From assembly GCA_039815375.1 (NCBI GenBank), contig JBCBZJ010000001.1:224001-288000 (forward strand): a stretch of 64,000 nt of DNA. The letters are read 5' to 3'. Both the position numbers and the translations under genes were made by a program. The number at the start of each line of letters is the position of its first letter. Within the stretch, counting starts at the first letter, position 1. Positions 11,029 to 20,912 of this stretch are shown here, one piece after another. The notes under the pieces are model-generated. The model did no database searches. It was not told the origin of the DNA and saw only the letters and a program-made list of their open reading frames with translations. Origin of the DNA: Verrucomicrobiota bacterium. Its GTDB lineage: Bacteria > Verrucomicrobiota > Verrucomicrobiia > Opitutales > Coraliomargaritaceae.

Positions 11029-12144
11029 ATGATCGCTGACAAGAGCACCTTGCTCTCGGAGCTCCAGTCCTACGGTGTGCAACTGACTTCGGATTCTGGT
11101 GTGCCATCGCGTATCGGAGGTGCGGGACCTACTGATCACAAAGCGATGACGATTATGGGGACGACGATCATGGTCCCTGTCCATACCTATACCGCAGAAG
11201 GTTCGCCATTTTCCATGGGACCTGCCGACGAAGAAGGCCGCGCTTCCTTAAACTACATTAACATCCCGATTGTTAAAGTCACCTTCCCGCCGCAACCAAA
11301 GTTCTACAGCATGTCGACTGCGGAAGGCGTGCCTTACTGGAAGATCGCTACGCTGCACTCAACTGATGTTTTGGCGACCACGGTCCTCCAGACCTGTATC
11401 CGATACGGAAACAAGAAGACAAAATGTCAATTCTGCGCAATTGGAGAATCTCTGAAAGCAGGCCGGACAATCGCTCGTAAAGAGCCGGAGCAACTCGCCG
11501 AAGTCGCCTATGCTGCGATGAAGCACGACGGTATCAAGCAGGTCGTCATGACGACTGGAACTCCGGTGACGACAGATCGTGGTGCATCGATTCTCTGCGA
11601 CAGCGCACGCGCTATTAAAGAAGCCACCGGCTTGGCCATCCAGGCGCAGTGTGAGCCGCCTGATGATTTCGCATGGTTCCAGCGGCTAAAGGATGCGGGC
11701 GTCGACAGTCTCGGCATGCACCTCGAAGCGTGGAACGAAGAAGTCCGCGCTGAGATTATGCCAGGTAAGGCAGAAGTGCCTCTGAGCTACTACATGGAGG
11801 CGTTCAAAGCTGCAGTGCAGGTCTTCGGTCGTGCCCAGGTCAGCACCTATCTGCTCGCGGGGCTGGGCGATACGAAAGGCGAGCTGATTGATGCTGCGCG
11901 CCAATTGATCGAGATTGGCGTCTATCCTTTCATTGTCCCATTTGTGCCAGTCACTGGCACACAGCTGGAGAACCATCCTGCACCGAACACAGATTTTATG
12001 CGAGCTGTGCTCGCCCCAGTCGGGGCCATGTTAACTGAAGCTGGGATGACCTCCGATACGGTCAAGGCCGGCTGTGCGAAGTGCGGCGCTTGCTCCTCCC
12101 TCTCCTCATTCGAAAACAAAAAACAAAGCTGCTCTGCAGCCTAA
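11029..12144 (+). CDS. MSMEG_0568-family radical SAM protein (NitD-like)
   Basis: GGAGPTDHKA, ATTVLQTCIRYGNKKTKCQFCAIG (CX9CX2C), C-terminal GCAKCGACS; start may be 10990 or 11029. Confidence 0.9.
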   Translation: MIADKSTLLSELQSYGVQLTSDSGVPSRIGGAGPTDHKAMTIMGTTIMVPVHTYTAEGSPFSMGPADEEGRASLNYINIPIVKVTFPPQPKFYSMSTAEGVPYWKIATLHSTDVLATTVLQTCIRYGNKKTKCQFCAIGESLKAGRTIARKEPEQLAEVAYAAMKHDGIKQVVMTTGTPVTTDRGASILCDSARAIKEATGLAIQAQCEPPDDFAWFQRLKDAGVDSLGMHLEAWNEEVRAEIMPGKAEVPLSYYMEAFKAAVQVFGRAQVSTYLLAGLGDTKGELIDAARQLIEIGVYPFIVPFVPVTGTQLENHPAPNTDFMRAVLAPVGAMLTEAGMTSDTVKAGCAKCGACSSLSSFENKKQSCSAA

Positions 12145-12149
12145 TTGCC

Positions 12150-12425
12150 ATGCCAGAAACTGTATTTAAAATTCAACTACCCGATGGGCGAGACTACAAC
12201 TGCTATTCACCATCGAGTATCGTCCGTAAATATTTCTCGGTCGGAGATAAGATTCCCAACGTAGAATTCCTGAAGAAAGCACAGGAGTCTTTGAAAATCG
12301 CTTCGGACCGGGTTGAGCAGAAATTCGGATTCCAGTGTTCCGGGGCGATGAATTCGCTGCACGACATCGAGAAACTGTCTGCCCAGTTCAAGCCTGAAGA
12401 AATCATTGAAGTAACCGAAATTTAG
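12150..12425 (+). CDS. MSMEG_0570-family small protein (NitG-like)
   Basis: MPETVFKIQLPDG...CYSPS...ASDRVEQKFGFQCS; start at ATG 12150. Confidence 0.85.
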   Translation: MPETVFKIQLPDGRDYNCYSPSSIVRKYFSVGDKIPNVEFLKKAQESLKIASDRVEQKFGFQCSGAMNSLHDIEKLSAQFKPEEIIEVTEI

Positions 12426-12437
12426 GAGGTGTCAAAA

Positions 12438-13709
12438 ATGAGTGTGATTGAAAAAGATGTGGACGTCATCGTGATCGGAGCCGGCCAAGCTGGATTAAGC
12501 GTATCCTATTATTTACAGAAACAGGGGATAACTAGCCAAGCGATCTTCGAGAAAAACGAAGTCGCGCACAGTTGGAAAAAGGAGCGCTGGGATTCGTTTT
12601 GCCTCGTTACGCCAAATTTTCAATGCCGTCTTCCGGATCATCCTTACGCGGGGCCGGACCCTGAAGGCTTCATGCTTAAAGATGAAATCGTCGATTATGT
12701 GGCCGGTTTTGCAAATAAGGTGACGAGTCCGATTTACGAAGGCGTCGAGGTGCTGTCTGTTCATAAAGAGTCGGATCGCTTTGTGGTCGAAACCTCGACC
12801 GAAGGTATCTGGCGCTGCAAGCAGGTTGTCGTGGCCACCGGCTCCTTCCACACCCCGGTTCTACCTCCGAACGTTGAGTCGATACCCGATTCGATTACTC
12901 AGTTGATCGCGACTGACTACCGCAACCCTGGGCAGATTCCCGAGGGTGCCGTCGCCGTCGTCGGTTCTGGGCAGTCCGGTTGCCAAATAGCCGAAGACTT
13001 AATGTTGGATGGACGTCAGGTGCATCTTTTTCTCGGCAATGCTCCGAGGTCTCCACGTCAATACCGTGGCAAAGACGCAGTCGCATGGCTCGAGGAGATG
13101 GGTTATTACAAAACCACCTTTGCCGAGCATCCAGATAAGCAAAAGGCGCTCACCGGAACCAATCATTATCTAACAGGTCGCGATGGTGGACGGGAAATCG
13201 ATCTTCGGAAATTCGTGCAGAGAGGCCTGAAGCTGTATGGATATCTGGATCAGGTTTCAGGGGAGGGTTTCAATGCACGCGCCGATGTGAAGGAAAAGCT
13301 GGACGCTGCTGACCGCTCCTACCTTGGTATTCGCAAACGCATTGACGAGTATATCGAAGCAGCAGGAATTGATGCTCCGGAAGAACCAGAATACGCCCCA
13401 TGTTGGGAACCTGAACTCGACCTAACTGAGCTCAATTTTAAGGAGCAGAATATTAGCTCGATCATCTGGTGCATCGGCTTTCGCCCGAACTTCGGGTACC
13501 TAAAGCTAGATATTTTTAACAGCCGTGGGTTCCCGATTCATAACCGAGGTATAACCGAAGCTCCGGGGTTATTTTTCATTGGTCTACCGTGGCAGCACAC
13601 TTGGGGCTCGTCTCGCTTCTCTGGAATCGCGGAAGATTCGAAGTTCATCGCCGACAAGATCGAAAAGGCGATGAAGACTGTTTCCGAAACAGAATATTTC
13701 TTCGTCTAA
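12438..13709 (+). CDS. MSMEG_0569-family flavin-dependent oxidoreductase (NitH-like)
   Basis: GAGQAG, RWDSFCLVTPN, GSGQSGCQIAED, NHYLTGRDGG, GLPWQHTWGS; SD AGGAGG at 12424. Confidence 0.9.
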   Translation: MSVIEKDVDVIVIGAGQAGLSVSYYLQKQGITSQAIFEKNEVAHSWKKERWDSFCLVTPNFQCRLPDHPYAGPDPEGFMLKDEIVDYVAGFANKVTSPIYEGVEVLSVHKESDRFVVETSTEGIWRCKQVVVATGSFHTPVLPPNVESIPDSITQLIATDYRNPGQIPEGAVAVVGSGQSGCQIAEDLMLDGRQVHLFLGNAPRSPRQYRGKDAVAWLEEMGYYKTTFAEHPDKQKALTGTNHYLTGRDGGREIDLRKFVQRGLKLYGYLDQVSGEGFNARADVKEKLDAADRSYLGIRKRIDEYIEAAGIDAPEEPEYAPCWEPELDLTELNFKEQNISSIIWCIGFRPNFGYLKLDIFNSRGFPIHNRGITEAPGLFFIGLPWQHTWGSSRFSGIAEDSKFIADKIEKAMKTVSETEYFFV

Positions 13710-13741
13710 ACTGGCGGTACTAAAAAAGGAGGAAACGACGA

Positions 13742-14308
13742 ATGATACTGGAAAAGTTTCGTAGCTACCAATCTCAGGATTATATTTTTAAAATAGCGAC
13801 TACTGACGAGGACATGCGCGGCTTTCATCGCTTACGTCGAAATATCTTTTGCGATGAGCAAGGTGTCTTCGAAGGAGATGATCTCGACCCAATTGACGAA
13901 ACCATGATTCCCATTGTCTGTAAGCCGCTGGTAGCAGGGATGGAAGATGAAGTGATTGGCTGTGTGAGAATAGATGAACGGGAGCCTGGAGTTTGGTATG
14001 GAAGCCGGCTCGGAGTCTCCTCGGATTATCGGCGTGTGCGACGTTTTAGTTCTGCCGCGACAATTCGCAATCAACAGCCTTGTAACGCTGGGCTTGGTGC
14101 CATCGGTGCGGGACTTATCTACAAAGCAGTATCGACTGCAAACGCGATCGGGTGTGATGAGTTCTTAGCAACCGTGCAAAAGCAGAATGCGCGTTTCTTC
14201 GAGCGCCTGCACTGGGAGCCACTTCGCTCAATCAAGCTTCATGGTTTCGAACATATGCTCATGCGAGCAGATTTAGACTATTACAAACCTGCCGCTCGGG
14301 TAGCATAG
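13742..14308 (+). CDS. MSMEG_0567/Sll0786-family GNAT acetyltransferase (NitE-like)
   Basis: RRNIFCDEQGVF, WYGSRLGV, AVSTANAIGC, FLATVQKQN, LHW. Confidence 0.88.
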   Translation: MILEKFRSYQSQDYIFKIATTDEDMRGFHRLRRNIFCDEQGVFEGDDLDPIDETMIPIVCKPLVAGMEDEVIGCVRIDEREPGVWYGSRLGVSSDYRRVRRFSSAATIRNQQPCNAGLGAIGAGLIYKAVSTANAIGCDEFLATVQKQNARFFERLHWEPLRSIKLHGFEHMLMRADLDYYKPAARVA

Positions 14309-14340
14309 GTATCTTATTAGAAGAAAGAACGACTCTTTGA

Positions 14341-15312
14341 ATGTCTCAATCTGACTATAGTTTAGATGATTTAGCAAAGGAACTTTCTAGACACCCTGCA
14401 GTATTGGAGAAGGCTACAATTACTTCGGCTTACAAGCCTGCCGATGCTGTATCCGGCGAAGTAGAATTGGGCGATGATTGTGCCGCGATTCACGATCCAG
14501 CAACAGGTGGCTATCTCCTTTTCGCAGCGGAGGGAATGATCAGTAGCTTCGTCGAAGAAGATCCATGGTTTGCCGGATATTCTGCCGTGATGGTGAACCT
14601 AAGTGATGTCGCTGCAATGGGTGGTTCTCCGCTCGCCATTACTGATGTCCTCTGGTGCTCGGAATCAGATCACGAGACCGTAGAGCTGATATGGGATGGG
14701 ATGCGAGCTGCCTCAGAGGCGTATGGTGTGCCGATTGTCGGCGGACATACGACTCAAACTCTTGAACCATCAGATAGAGTTCAGTTGGCCGCAGCTGTCT
14801 TGGGGCGTGCCGGAGAAAACCTGCTGACCAGTTTTCACGCGAAGCCCGGGGATCAAGTCGTAATGGTGGTTGATACTGCAGGTGCCTATCGCGGAGACAA
14901 ACCATTCTGGAATGCGAGCACGACCAGCACACCGGAGAAACTTAGGCAGAATCTCGGTCTACTGCCCAAGCTGGCCGAATCCGGACTTTGCACATCAGGA
15001 AAGGACATTTCAAACGGCGGCATTGTCGGCACATTGGCTATGCTTGCCGAATGCTCAAACGTCGGTGCTATTTTGAGTCTCGATGACATGTTTCGGCCCG
15101 AGGGCACGGATTGGCTCAAATGGCTAATATCTTTTCCCAGTTTCGGGTATCTACTTGCCCTAAAGAAAGAGAACGTCGAGGCAGCTCGAGAGATCTTTGC
15201 CGCGGAGGAGTCCATCTTGGTTCAAGAGGTTGGGCGTTTCACGGAGCAGAAAATGCTTTGTATAGAGCATGACAAGCAGATCCGCGAACTGACGTTCCCA
15301 AAATGCGACTGA
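14341..15312 (+). CDS. Sll0787-family AIR synthase/SelD-like protein (NitF-like)
   Basis: LGDDCAAI, PWFAGYSAVMVNLSDVAAMGG, VGGHT, KDISNGG, FPSFGYL. Confidence 0.88.
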   Translation: MSQSDYSLDDLAKELSRHPAVLEKATITSAYKPADAVSGEVELGDDCAAIHDPATGGYLLFAAEGMISSFVEEDPWFAGYSAVMVNLSDVAAMGGSPLAITDVLWCSESDHETVELIWDGMRAASEAYGVPIVGGHTTQTLEPSDRVQLAAAVLGRAGENLLTSFHAKPGDQVVMVVDTAGAYRGDKPFWNASTTSTPEKLRQNLGLLPKLAESGLCTSGKDISNGGIVGTLAMLAECSNVGAILSLDDMFRPEGTDWLKWLISFPSFGYLLALKKENVEAAREIFAAEESILVQEVGRFTEQKMLCIEHDKQIRELTFPKCD

Positions 15313-15356
15313 AACATTTCTAATTCGAAAATTCAAACAAACTCCCTCTAGAACTT

Positions 15357-15797
15357 ATGAGTAATCAACTAGAGAAACTACCACTTCCGCCGTTTACTGA
15401 AGAGACCGCGAAACAAAAAGTCCAAATGGCAGAAGATGCCTGGAACGCTAAAGATTCCGAAAAGGTCTTGATGGCATACACACCTGACTCAGAATGGCGC
15501 AACCGAGCCGAGTTCATCAATGGCCGAGCTGAAATCGTCGAATTCCTCAAACGCAAATGGGCCAAGGAGATCGACTACAAGCTAAATAAGAGCCTTTGGA
15601 CTTTCAGTGACAATCGCATTGCTGCGAGGTTCGAGTATGAGTGGCATGACGAATCCGGTCAGTGGTATCGGTCTCACGGTAATGAAAACTGAGAGTTCGA
15701 CGAAAATGGATTCATGGCCAAGCGATATGCATCCATCAACGACCAGCCGATTGAGGAGTCAGATCTCAAGGAAACGACTGATCCCTGCAGTTCGTAA
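15357..15797 (+). pseudogene. DUF1348 / NTF2-like protein with an in-frame TGA at 15690-15692
   Basis: PLPPFT...AEDAWN...[31 protein letters not shown]. The family motif is GNENWEFD, so TGA stands at the Trp (TGG) codon; the frame continues to TAA 15795-15797. Confidence 0.8.
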
Positions 15798-15916
15798 ATT
15801 GGGCAACTGTGTCTTTAAGGCACGTTCTTAAGAATTCTATAACCTGTTGACAGAAATATAATTTCAAGATTTAGCCTCTCACTTCGTTTAGACCAACAAT
15901 AAAGCCTATTGGGGAG

Positions 15917-17467
15917 TTATTTCCTAATGCGGTCGAATTGTTTGATCAGCAGAAGTAGGGCGTTTAGAATTTTTGGAGTGTAGGTCGGTGTCGAATCTAC
16001 GCGCTGTGGTTTGAAGTCTTCGTCAATGTAGTGGGTTGTCGATGCTGGGCTGAGCATAATTTTAAGCCAACGTTTGAAAGACTTAACGTTCTTTCGGGTC
16101 GGGTAGGCATTTCGTTTTTGAGCGAGCAGGTCGCAGTAAGGAAACATTTCAACGGGGTAGAGCGCGTCTGTGTTGAGGGCCGGAAATTGTTGTTTGAGTC
16201 TTACGCGATCCTCTTGGTGCGCTTCGGTTATGTTAGCTGGACGTGGTGTGGTGCCTTTGATCAGACTGATGATGTATTTGGCCTGTTGTTCGGCGATAGT
16301 AGGAATATTACCGATGATGGGACGGGCAAAGCCGATGAGGAAGAGATTCTCATAAGATTGATGCGCGCAGCCTTGGTAAAATTCGCTTACGGCAACCGAT
16401 GGTTCGAATAGTTTAGAAAGATCTGATTGGTAGCCGATCTGAGGAACGATGCAGTCAGGCTCGATGGATATTTTCTGGTCGCTTTGAAATTTGCAGAATT
16501 CACGGAAGCTTTCATTCGAGGACGATCCGATGATCTGGATCCGCTCTTCGCCGACTGCGTCGAGGAAACCGTCGCTCTTGTTGTGGAAGACGTTGAAAAG
16601 CTCATCCTTTGCAGACTTTGTCAGTCTTAGGTCCCAATCGCAGCGTCGTTGTTTGACCGCTTCGGGGCTCTTTTTTGAACCCTGTTTCGATGGGAAAATA
16701 CGGTGGAATGCATCTTGGTATTTGATGCGAGACTCGACAAATTTTTGCCCGATACGATTGCGCAATTCCGAACTGATCGAGAGCATTAGACGGTTGCGCA
16801 GAAAGTCAGATGGAACTCCGCGAATGGGGTGATAACGGGGACTGACTCGTATACCTTGCTTTAGTGAGAGGTAGACCGTGTTGTCGAGCTCTGGTTTTGC
16901 GAGCCGGTTTGCCGTATCGGCGGCGGATTCGCCGCCACCAACGACGAGCACAGTTTTCTGACGAACTTTGCTGAAGTCGCTGTTCGCGCTGATGACGGGA
17001 ATGCCGGCATCAATAGATTTTGGTCTTTGGGCGAGTCCTGTGCAGATCGCTATATGTGTGAACGTTTTAGATGCTTTTGTCGTATCTGAAAAATGGATAC
17101 GCCATTTCTCGCCCTGACACTCAATCTTTGAAACTCCTGTATTTCGTTGTATGTGAGGTGCCAGGTTGAATACTTGGACGAAGTCTTCGAGATATTCGCC
17201 ATATTCACCGCTTTGAAAAAACTCGGAGTAGTCGGGCTCTGGCGAGACACTGGCGTCATATTGTTGATGGCAGTTAAACTGGGTTGTAAACTTAGTCGAA
17301 GTCGAGACGAAGCCATCGTAAGGATGGCCCCAGCAGCCTTGGATGCTTGAGCTTTTCTCATAGCAGACGATTTCCCAGCCTGGGAGATGCTGGAGAGCGG
17401 TCTTAAGAGTAATAAGTCCGCTGCTGCCTGCTCCGATGATGGCGAGGCTTCCTTGTTGCGTTTCCAT
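15917..17467 (-). CDS. Flavin-containing monooxygenase-like protein (class B FMO-type)
   Basis: FAD motif IIGAGSSG, NADPH motif VVGGGESAAD, LFLIGFARPIIGNIPTIAEQQA. Confidence 0.8.
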   Translation of the reverse strand: METQQGSLAIIGAGSSGLITLKTALQHLPGWEIVCYEKSSSIQGCWGHPYDGFVSTSTKFTTQFNCHQQYDASVSPEPDYSEFFQSGEYGEYLEDFVQVFNLAPHIQRNTGVSKIECQGEKWRIHFSDTTKASKTFTHIAICTGLAQRPKSIDAGIPVISANSDFSKVRQKTVLVVGGGESAADTANRLAKPELDNTVYLSLKQGIRVSPRYHPIRGVPSDFLRNRLMLSISSELRNRIGQKFVESRIKYQDAFHRIFPSKQGSKKSPEAVKQRRCDWDLRLTKSAKDELFNVFHNKSDGFLDAVGEERIQIIGSSSNESFREFCKFQSDQKISIEPDCIVPQIGYQSDLSKLFEPSVAVSEFYQGCAHQSYENLFLIGFARPIIGNIPTIAEQQAKYIISLIKGTTPRPANITEAHQEDRVRLKQQFPALNTDALYPVEMFPYCDLLAQKRNAYPTRKNVKSFKRWLKIMLSPASTTHYIDEDFKPQRVDSTPTYTPKILNALLLLIKQFDRIRK

Positions 17468-17469
17468 GG

Positions 17470-18552
17470 TTAGGCGGTGTGTGCGGTGAGGCTTACGAGC
17501 ACGAAGTTGAATTGTCCGGATTCTGGAATGAAAAGCATGATCTTATCTCCGTTTCGGATCTGCTGAGTTTTGGAGAACTGGTCCAGCATGATATAGATGC
17601 TGGCTGCCCCTGTGTTGCCTACGGTTTCAAGGTTCGTCCAATAGCTGATGGGTGCGCCATCAGCGAAAGCGCGTAGCTCGCTCAGTAGATAGCGCTTGAA
17701 GAAGAATGAGGAGATGTGAGGTAGCACGTATTGATAGCTGCCTAGGTCGTCTTTGTATTTGGAGAGTCCCTCTGCGAGTGTCTGATGGGCGCAGGGCTTC
17801 ATGTGCTGCGCCAGAATATCGACGTCTTGGCTAAGAAGATTGGTCTTTCCATTCAGCTGCATGCACAGAGGCGTTTCGTGGGCGAATGAGCGTGAGAAAG
17901 TCCAATTCACTTTGAATGAGAGACGGCTTTCGTTGGGTGTTGCGCAAAGCTGCATGGCGCCCGCTCCGTCAGAAAGCATTGTGCGGAGGAAGACGGACAT
18001 GAACCATTTACTTCGTTTGATGTCGTCGTGGTCAGCGCGATCATCTGGAGGGTTGATGGCAGAGGATTTCAGGATCTCTGATGGCTGTTCGACTCCAATT
18101 GCGAGGGCTGCGTTGTGCTCGCCGGAACGGATGGCGCGAACCGAATTGACCAGCGCTTGTGCGGAGGCGGTGCAAATGCCTGAGTTCGAGTTGATCTCGA
18201 CCGGATGGCTCAGATGGCCGCCTTGCTGCATGTGGTCATGGATACGGGAGCTGAGACCGGGGCCTGTGAGTGGAGCATTCGTTGAGCCCGCAGATAGGTA
18301 GGTGATGGGATTGCCGTGAGTTTGATCCTTTAAGCAATCTGATGCTGCAAGCGTAGCGAGTTCGTAGAGGTCGTGGGTTGGGCTCTGTTCCGCATCGAGC
18401 GCATAGTGGCGGGAGCGAATACCGTTCATCCTCAGAATCTTTGTGCGAATGGCTTCCTCGCCATCCAGTTCACCCAGATAATCTGGAATTTCTTCGTTCG
18501 ATACGGGACGTCCGGGTAGGCAGGAGCTAGTTGCTGTGATGTAGCAATTCAT
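17470..18552 (-). CDS. KAS III-type beta-ketosynthase, StlD/DarB-like
   Basis: ILRMNGIRSRHYALD, SGIC (Cys), LSDGAGA, LPHISS (His), VGNTGAAS (Asn), IPESGQF; start ATG 18552. Confidence 0.85.
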   Translation of the reverse strand: MNCYITATSSCLPGRPVSNEEIPDYLGELDGEEAIRTKILRMNGIRSRHYALDAEQSPTHDLYELATLAASDCLKDQTHGNPITYLSAGSTNAPLTGPGLSSRIHDHMQQGGHLSHPVEINSNSGICTASAQALVNSVRAIRSGEHNAALAIGVEQPSEILKSSAINPPDDRADHDDIKRSKWFMSVFLRTMLSDGAGAMQLCATPNESRLSFKVNWTFSRSFAHETPLCMQLNGKTNLLSQDVDILAQHMKPCAHQTLAEGLSKYKDDLGSYQYVLPHISSFFFKRYLLSELRAFADGAPISYWTNLETVGNTGAASIYIMLDQFSKTQQIRNGDKIMLFIPESGQFNFVLVSLTAHTA

Positions 18553-18580
18553 GAGATGACCTTTGTTTCCGTTGTTGGGC

Positions 18581-19438
18581 CTAGGTGGCTGTTGCTGGAG
18601 TGCGCGTGCGTAGGCACTCGTAGGCAAACTCGTCGAAGACGATATGATAATACAGATATTGGCTTGGGTCTGAAAAGAACGCGCTGCTGTTGTAGTGGCT
18701 GCGATTGCTGTAAACCTGCATGTAAAAGTCGAGGTCGGTGAGCACGTCGTGGTCGTTACGATAGATATGCTTCATGGCCCAGAGTGCGATTGAGTCGGAA
18801 CCAAATGAGTTGAGCGCTTTGATCGTGGTCTTGAGGTCGCCGAAGATGGTGATGACGAAAACGATGAACATAACGACATTCGTGCAGCCAAACCATTGAA
18901 GGGAGTGTTTCTCGTTTAGTGCGATCGCTTTCTTGGTATACTGCTCGTGATCTTCGGGTTTCAGTTTCCGTATCGCTTCGAGATTTTCAAGAAATGCGTT
19001 TTTGTCGAAGCGGTCGACGAGTTCGTAGGAGAGTTCGTCATGACCAATGGTCATGTTGTTGAGAATGATTTCTTTGAGTGTATCGACATTGTAGTCGCCA
19101 TTGATGCCGTTGAACTTTTTGGGAGAGGTTGGCTCAGAGTCCTGCCCTGTGAGTAGATAGCGGTAGAGCAGTGGTTCGATTTGGACGTGGCGGATGAGAA
19201 GCTCCACAGCATCGCGGCTGGCGAAGTATTTGATGCCGAATGCGAGAATGCCATCAATGCAGTAGCTTTCGAAGCCGTAGGAACGCCGGTGTAGAACAAA
19301 TTTGATCGGAAAGACAATGACCCGAATAAAGAAGTAGAGGACGAGTAGGATCGGCCGGATGAAGATGTAATCGAATCGCTCTTTCTCAGTTTTAAACTGA
19401 GCGTTTACGTAGTCGGTTATGTAGGGAAATTCTTTCAT
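18581..19438 (-). CDS. Uncharacterised membrane-associated protein between the P450 and the DarB-like KS
   Basis: 285-aa ORF, co-oriented with 15-28 bp gaps, two hydrophobic segments. From memory it resembles DUF6999-type neighbours of DarB-like KSs (unverified). Confidence 0.7.
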   Translation of the reverse strand: MKEFPYITDYVNAQFKTEKERFDYIFIRPILLVLYFFIRVIVFPIKFVLHRRSYGFESYCIDGILAFGIKYFASRDAVELLIRHVQIEPLLYRYLLTGQDSEPTSPKKFNGINGDYNVDTLKEIILNNMTIGHDELSYELVDRFDKNAFLENLEAIRKLKPEDHEQYTKKAIALNEKHSLQWFGCTNVVMFIVFVITIFGDLKTTIKALNSFGSDSIALWAMKHIYRNDHDVLTDLDFYMQVYSNRSHYNSSAFFSDPSQYLYYHIVFDEFAYECLRTRTPATAT

Positions 19439-19453
19439 CAGTGTTACTTCGGT

Positions 19454-20836
19454 TTATTTCCGAGTTGTGAGTTCTATCAGGAGTCCATCGCGAAGTTCCA
19501 TCGTTAAGTTCGTTGCCACCTTGAGAGAGTTTCTTGGCGAGACATGGACCTGATAACGCTGGAGGATAGTTGAGAGAATGACGATAAGCTCCATCATCGC
19601 AAAGTGGCGCCCGATACAAACACGTGGTCCACTGCTAAAGGGAATGTAATTGCCCGCTGCCTTTTGCTTCTTTGCTGCATCGTCGTCATCCGTGAGAAAT
19701 CGCGTCGGATCGAATTCGTCGGGCCGCTCCCATATTCTGGGATTTCTGTGGAGCGCGTAGCGGCTGAGGGCGACCATAGATCCTTTGGGAATTATGCTAC
19801 CGCCGAGTTCGACATCTTCCTTAGCATTGCGATTTTCAAACCAGAGAGGTGGGTGCAGGCGCATCGCTTCTTCGATGATTGCTTTCATATAGCGTAGCTC
19901 AGAAACTTGCTCGAATCGTAGAGGCTTTCCTTTGGTGACTTGTTGAAGCTCCTGAGTGAGCTCGGCCTCGATTTGCGGATGATTGTTGAGCTCATAGAAG
20001 ATCCATGTAAGGGCTGTTGATGAGGTTTCGTGTCCGCCGATAATCATACCGAGTACTTCTTCTGCGATTTCTGAGATCTCCATCTTTTCACCCGTTTCAT
20101 CATCTTCCATAGATAGGAATACGGACAAAAGGTCGCTTTGTGCCTCACCCTCTATCCGACGATCAATCATTTCATAGATGAAAGTATTGTATTCCTGAAG
20201 CACTCGTTTGAGCTTTAAGTTCATAGGCGTCGGGAAGTCAGGATGGCCGATAATTGGGAGTGGCGGTTTCGCACTGTAGCGATTGATGACCTGCGTCCAT
20301 TCGCGTATATCTGAAGCTCTGTCGATGAATCCATCGCTGAACAAAGACTTTCCTGCGATCTCGAGCGTCAGTAGATTCATCTCTCTGGATACATCGAATG
20401 TCTGCTTGTCTTCGGCATGTGTTTGCCAGCGATTTGCGAGTGTTTCGCTCGCATTGGCCATGATGTCGTAGAATGACTTAATTGTTTTGGGTCCAAAAGC
20501 TGGCTGTATGAGACGCCTTTGCTTCTGCCAGTGTTTCCCCTCTGCATTCACCAGGCTGTTGCCAAGAGCGTTACGGAAGCGATTGTAAATAACTGTATCC
20601 TTGTCGAAGGTGCGGTGCGTCTCCTTGAGGACTTGTCGAACCAGTTCCGGATCATTGATGAGGTAAAAATCGATCAGGCCTCGGTAGTGGACAAAATCGC
20701 CGAATCTACGGATTAGCTCATCTATGAAGTCGGAAGGATTTCCGGCGAGCATCCATTGCTTGTAGAAACGTGGTGTTCTGACGGCTTCAATTTTAGATGT
20801 TTTGGTTTTCTGATTCACGATGGAGGCAAACTTCAA
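19454..20836 (-). CDS. Cytochrome P450
   Basis: I-helix GGHETSS, ExxR (EEAMRLHPP), heme motif PFSSGPRVCIG; TTG start uncertain (GTG 20818 alternative). Confidence 0.95.
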   Translation of the reverse strand: MKFASIVNQKTKTSKIEAVRTPRFYKQWMLAGNPSDFIDELIRRFGDFVHYRGLIDFYLINDPELVRQVLKETHRTFDKDTVIYNRFRNALGNSLVNAEGKHWQKQRRLIQPAFGPKTIKSFYDIMANASETLANRWQTHAEDKQTFDVSREMNLLTLEIAGKSLFSDGFIDRASDIREWTQVINRYSAKPPLPIIGHPDFPTPMNLKLKRVLQEYNTFIYEMIDRRIEGEAQSDLLSVFLSMEDDETGEKMEISEIAEEVLGMIIGGHETSSTALTWIFYELNNHPQIEAELTQELQQVTKGKPLRFEQVSELRYMKAIIEEAMRLHPPLWFENRNAKEDVELGGSIIPKGSMVALSRYALHRNPRIWERPDEFDPTRFLTDDDDAAKKQKAAGNYIPFSSGPRVCIGRHFAMMELIVILSTILQRYQVHVSPRNSLKVATNLTMELRDGLLIELTTRK

Positions 20837-20885
20837 TATGTCATCTAGATTGTCAAATTAAAAATGACAATTATGTTGTCATTTT
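20835..20885. promoter_or_regulatory. Tandem MarR-type operator
   Basis: Perfect 10-5-10 palindrome AAAATGACAA-TTATG-TTGTCATTTT (20861-20885) plus a degenerate copy at 20835-20859, between the divergent P450 and MarR genes. Confidence 0.7.
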
Positions 20886-20912
20886 GTAGTTTTCGCTGTT
20901 TTTATATTCTTT

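Noticed and set aside
15690..15692. Selenocysteine or alternative genetic code
   Set aside because: The position is a conserved Trp, no SECIS was recognised, and other genes terminate at TGA.
15830..15916. Possible extra att core (AACCTGTTGA) between nit1C and the KS cluster
   Set aside because: No inverted left flank and no arm motif at +59.
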